Below are positions 62,171 through 64,000 of a DNA stretch of 64,000 nucleotides, piece by piece (the stretch's first letter is position 1; each line of letters begins with the position of its first letter). Location: assembly GCF_054482595.1 (NCBI RefSeq), contig NZ_CM137008.1; one strand, 5' to 3'. The notes beneath the pieces were generated by a model, which was given only the letters and a program-made list of their open reading frames with translations, had not been told where the DNA came from and did not search any database. A program made the translations under genes and the position numbers.

Positions 62171-63160
62171 TCAGCGTTTGCTGATCTGATCGAACGTACC
62201 GCCGTTAGCAAAATGCTCTTTTTGCGCTTTCGTCCAGCCGCCGAACTCTTCATCAATGGTGAATAACTTCAGCTTTGGAAACGCATTTTCGTACTTTTTC
62301 GCTACCTCAGCGTCGCGCGGACGGTAGTAGTTTTTCGCGGCAATTTCCTGACCTTCTGGCGAGTAGAGATATTTCAGGTAGGCTTCCGCCACCTCTTTGG
62401 TGCCTTTTTTCTCGACCACTTTATCGACCACCGACACGGTTGGCTCTGCGAGGATAGACTCACTCGGCGTGACGATTTCGAATTTATCTTTCCCCAGTTC
62501 ATTCGCTGCCAGCAGAGCTTCGTTTTCCCAAGCGATCAGTACATCGCCAATCCCGCGCTCGACAAAGGTGTTAGTGGAGCCGCGCGCGCCAGAATCCAGA
62601 ACTTCGACGTTTTTATACAGTGCCCGAACAAAATCCTGTGCTTTTGCCTGATCGTTGTTGTTGTGATGCAGCGCGTAGCCCCAGGCAGCCAGGTAGTTCC
62701 AGCGTGCGCCACCAGAGCTTTTCGGATTAGGCGTGATCACCGAAACACCCGGTTTAATCAGATCGTTCCAGTCATGGATCTGCTTCGGATTGCCCTTACG
62801 CACCAGGAAAACAATGGTGGAAGTGTACGGTGCGGAGTTATCCGGCAGACGTTTGATCCACTCTTTATCAATCCGCCCGCGTTCCGCAATTGCGTCCACG
62901 TCATAGGCCAGAGCCAGAGTGACAACATCAGCTTCAATACCATTGATTACCGACGTCGCTTGTTTGCCTGAACCACCGTGTGACTGACGAATCACCACGT
63001 TATCGCCAGTTTGCTGTTTCCAGTGGGCGCTGAATGCCTTGTTGTACTGTTCGTACAATTCGCGCGTTGGATCATATGAAACGTTAAGAAGCTGAATATC
63101 CTTTGCCATAACGCTGGTTGCCGCCAGCAAAAATGTTAACCCTACGCCCCACTTGTTCAT
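62171..63160 (-). CDS. sbp: Sulfate/thiosulfate periplasmic binding protein Sbp
   Basis: 329 aa with signal peptide [49 protein letters not shown]... Confidence 0.95.
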
Positions 63161-63325
63161 CGCCCGACTCTCTTATGTTGTGTTGTGATGAGCAAAGCGT
63201 GCCAGAAGGTTAACCAAACATTAAAGAATAAAAAAAGATTGGCTATAACTTGCGGGTATATGTTGGGGGATTAAAAAGGCGGAAGAAATCCGCCTCATAT
63301 TGCTGACAAAGTGCGCTTTGTCCAT

Positions 63326-63426
63326 GCCATATGCGGCGCGAACGCCTTATCCGGCCTACAAAAGTTTGCAAATTCAATAAATTGCAGAATTCATGTAGGC
63401 CTGATAAGCGAAGCGCATCAGGCATT
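63326..63426. repeat. REP palindromic repeats
   Basis: gccatatgcggcgcgaacgccttatccggcctaca ... gtaggcctgataagcgaagcgcatcaggcatt. Confidence 0.7.
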
Positions 63427-63479
63427 TTTGCTTCTGTCATCGGTTTCAGGCTAAAGGAATCTGCCTTTTTCCGAAATCA

Positions 63480-64000
63480 TTAATACAGTTTTTTCGCGCA
63501 GTCCAGCCAGTCACCTTTGAACGGACGCTTCATGTTTTCGATAGCGTCGATGATATCGTGGTGAACCAGCTGTTCGTTCTGGATACCTACACAACGACCG
63601 CCGTAACCTGCCAGCAGCAGATCGATAGCGTAAGCGCCCATACGGGAAGCCAGAATACGGTCGTAAGGCACCGGAGAACCACCGCGCTGGATGTGGCCCA
63701 GCACAGTTGCGCGGGTTTCACGACCGGTTTCTTTCTCGATGAAATGCGCCAGTTCGTCAACATCACACATATGTTCGGTAATCGCCACGATCGCGTGTTT
63801 TTTACCTTTCGCGATACCCGCTTTGATTTCGTTTACCAGGTCTTCACGGCTGAATTCAACTTCCGGAACTACAACGAATTCACAGCCACCGGCAATGGCC
63901 GCAGCCAGGGTCAGATCGCCACAATAACGACCCATCACTTCCACCACGGAAATACGCTGGTGAGAAGAAGAGGTGTCACGCAGACGGTCGATCGCTTCTA
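63480..64000 (-). CDS. pfkA: 6-phosphofructokinase I PfkA, C-terminal part (gene start lies beyond window end)
   Basis: Minus-strand frame of track ORF 63480..63947 (…[155 protein letters not shown]) continues open to the window edge. Confidence 0.93.

Noticed and set aside
63270-63296. Hairpin aggcggaagaaatccgcct upstream of sbp
   Set aside because: Could be a terminator for pfkA, but it is ~180 bp from the pfkA stop with REP repeats in between; assignment uncertain so not listed as a feature.

Overview
This window is an Escherichia coli-type chromosomal segment, reverse-complemented relative to the usual K-12 map, running from btuB (5' part, minus strand) through trmA, fabR, sthA, oxyR/oxyS, argECBH, ppc, eptC, the cryptic frw/pfl PTS cluster, ptsA-fsaB-gldA, katG, metF/metBL/metJ, rpmE, priA, cytR, ftsN, hslVU, menA, rraA, zapB, glpFKX, fpr, uspD, tpiA, cdh and sbp to the 3' part of pfkA. 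Gene calls rest on the supplied ORF translations, which I recognise as these conserved proteins; no searches were run. Several track ORFs carry spurious N-terminal extensions and were trimmed to the conserved starts. Three segments interrupt the otherwise K-12-like order (from memory, these gene pairs are adjacent in K-12): (1) an MFS transporter plus M20 amidohydrolase between fabR and sthA; (2) a roughly 4.1 kb decayed Rhs island between yiiX and rpmE, with a divergent IS1-family element (insB frameshifted), an Rhs C-terminal toxin fragment with a signal-peptide immunity candidate, an H-repeat (ISAs1-type) transposase gene with an N-terminal amber codon, and an rhs 5' PAAR fragment; (3) two tandem, AT-rich paralogous membrane-protein genes between rraA and zapB. 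The Rhs toxin/immunity pair and the tandem paralogs are the best candidates for uncharacterised biology. Also present are the oxyS sRNA, the btuB cobalamin riboswitch, REP clusters, MetJ and ArgR operator regions, the sigma-32 hslVU promoter and several intrinsic terminators. No CRISPR array, tRNA or rRNA was seen.
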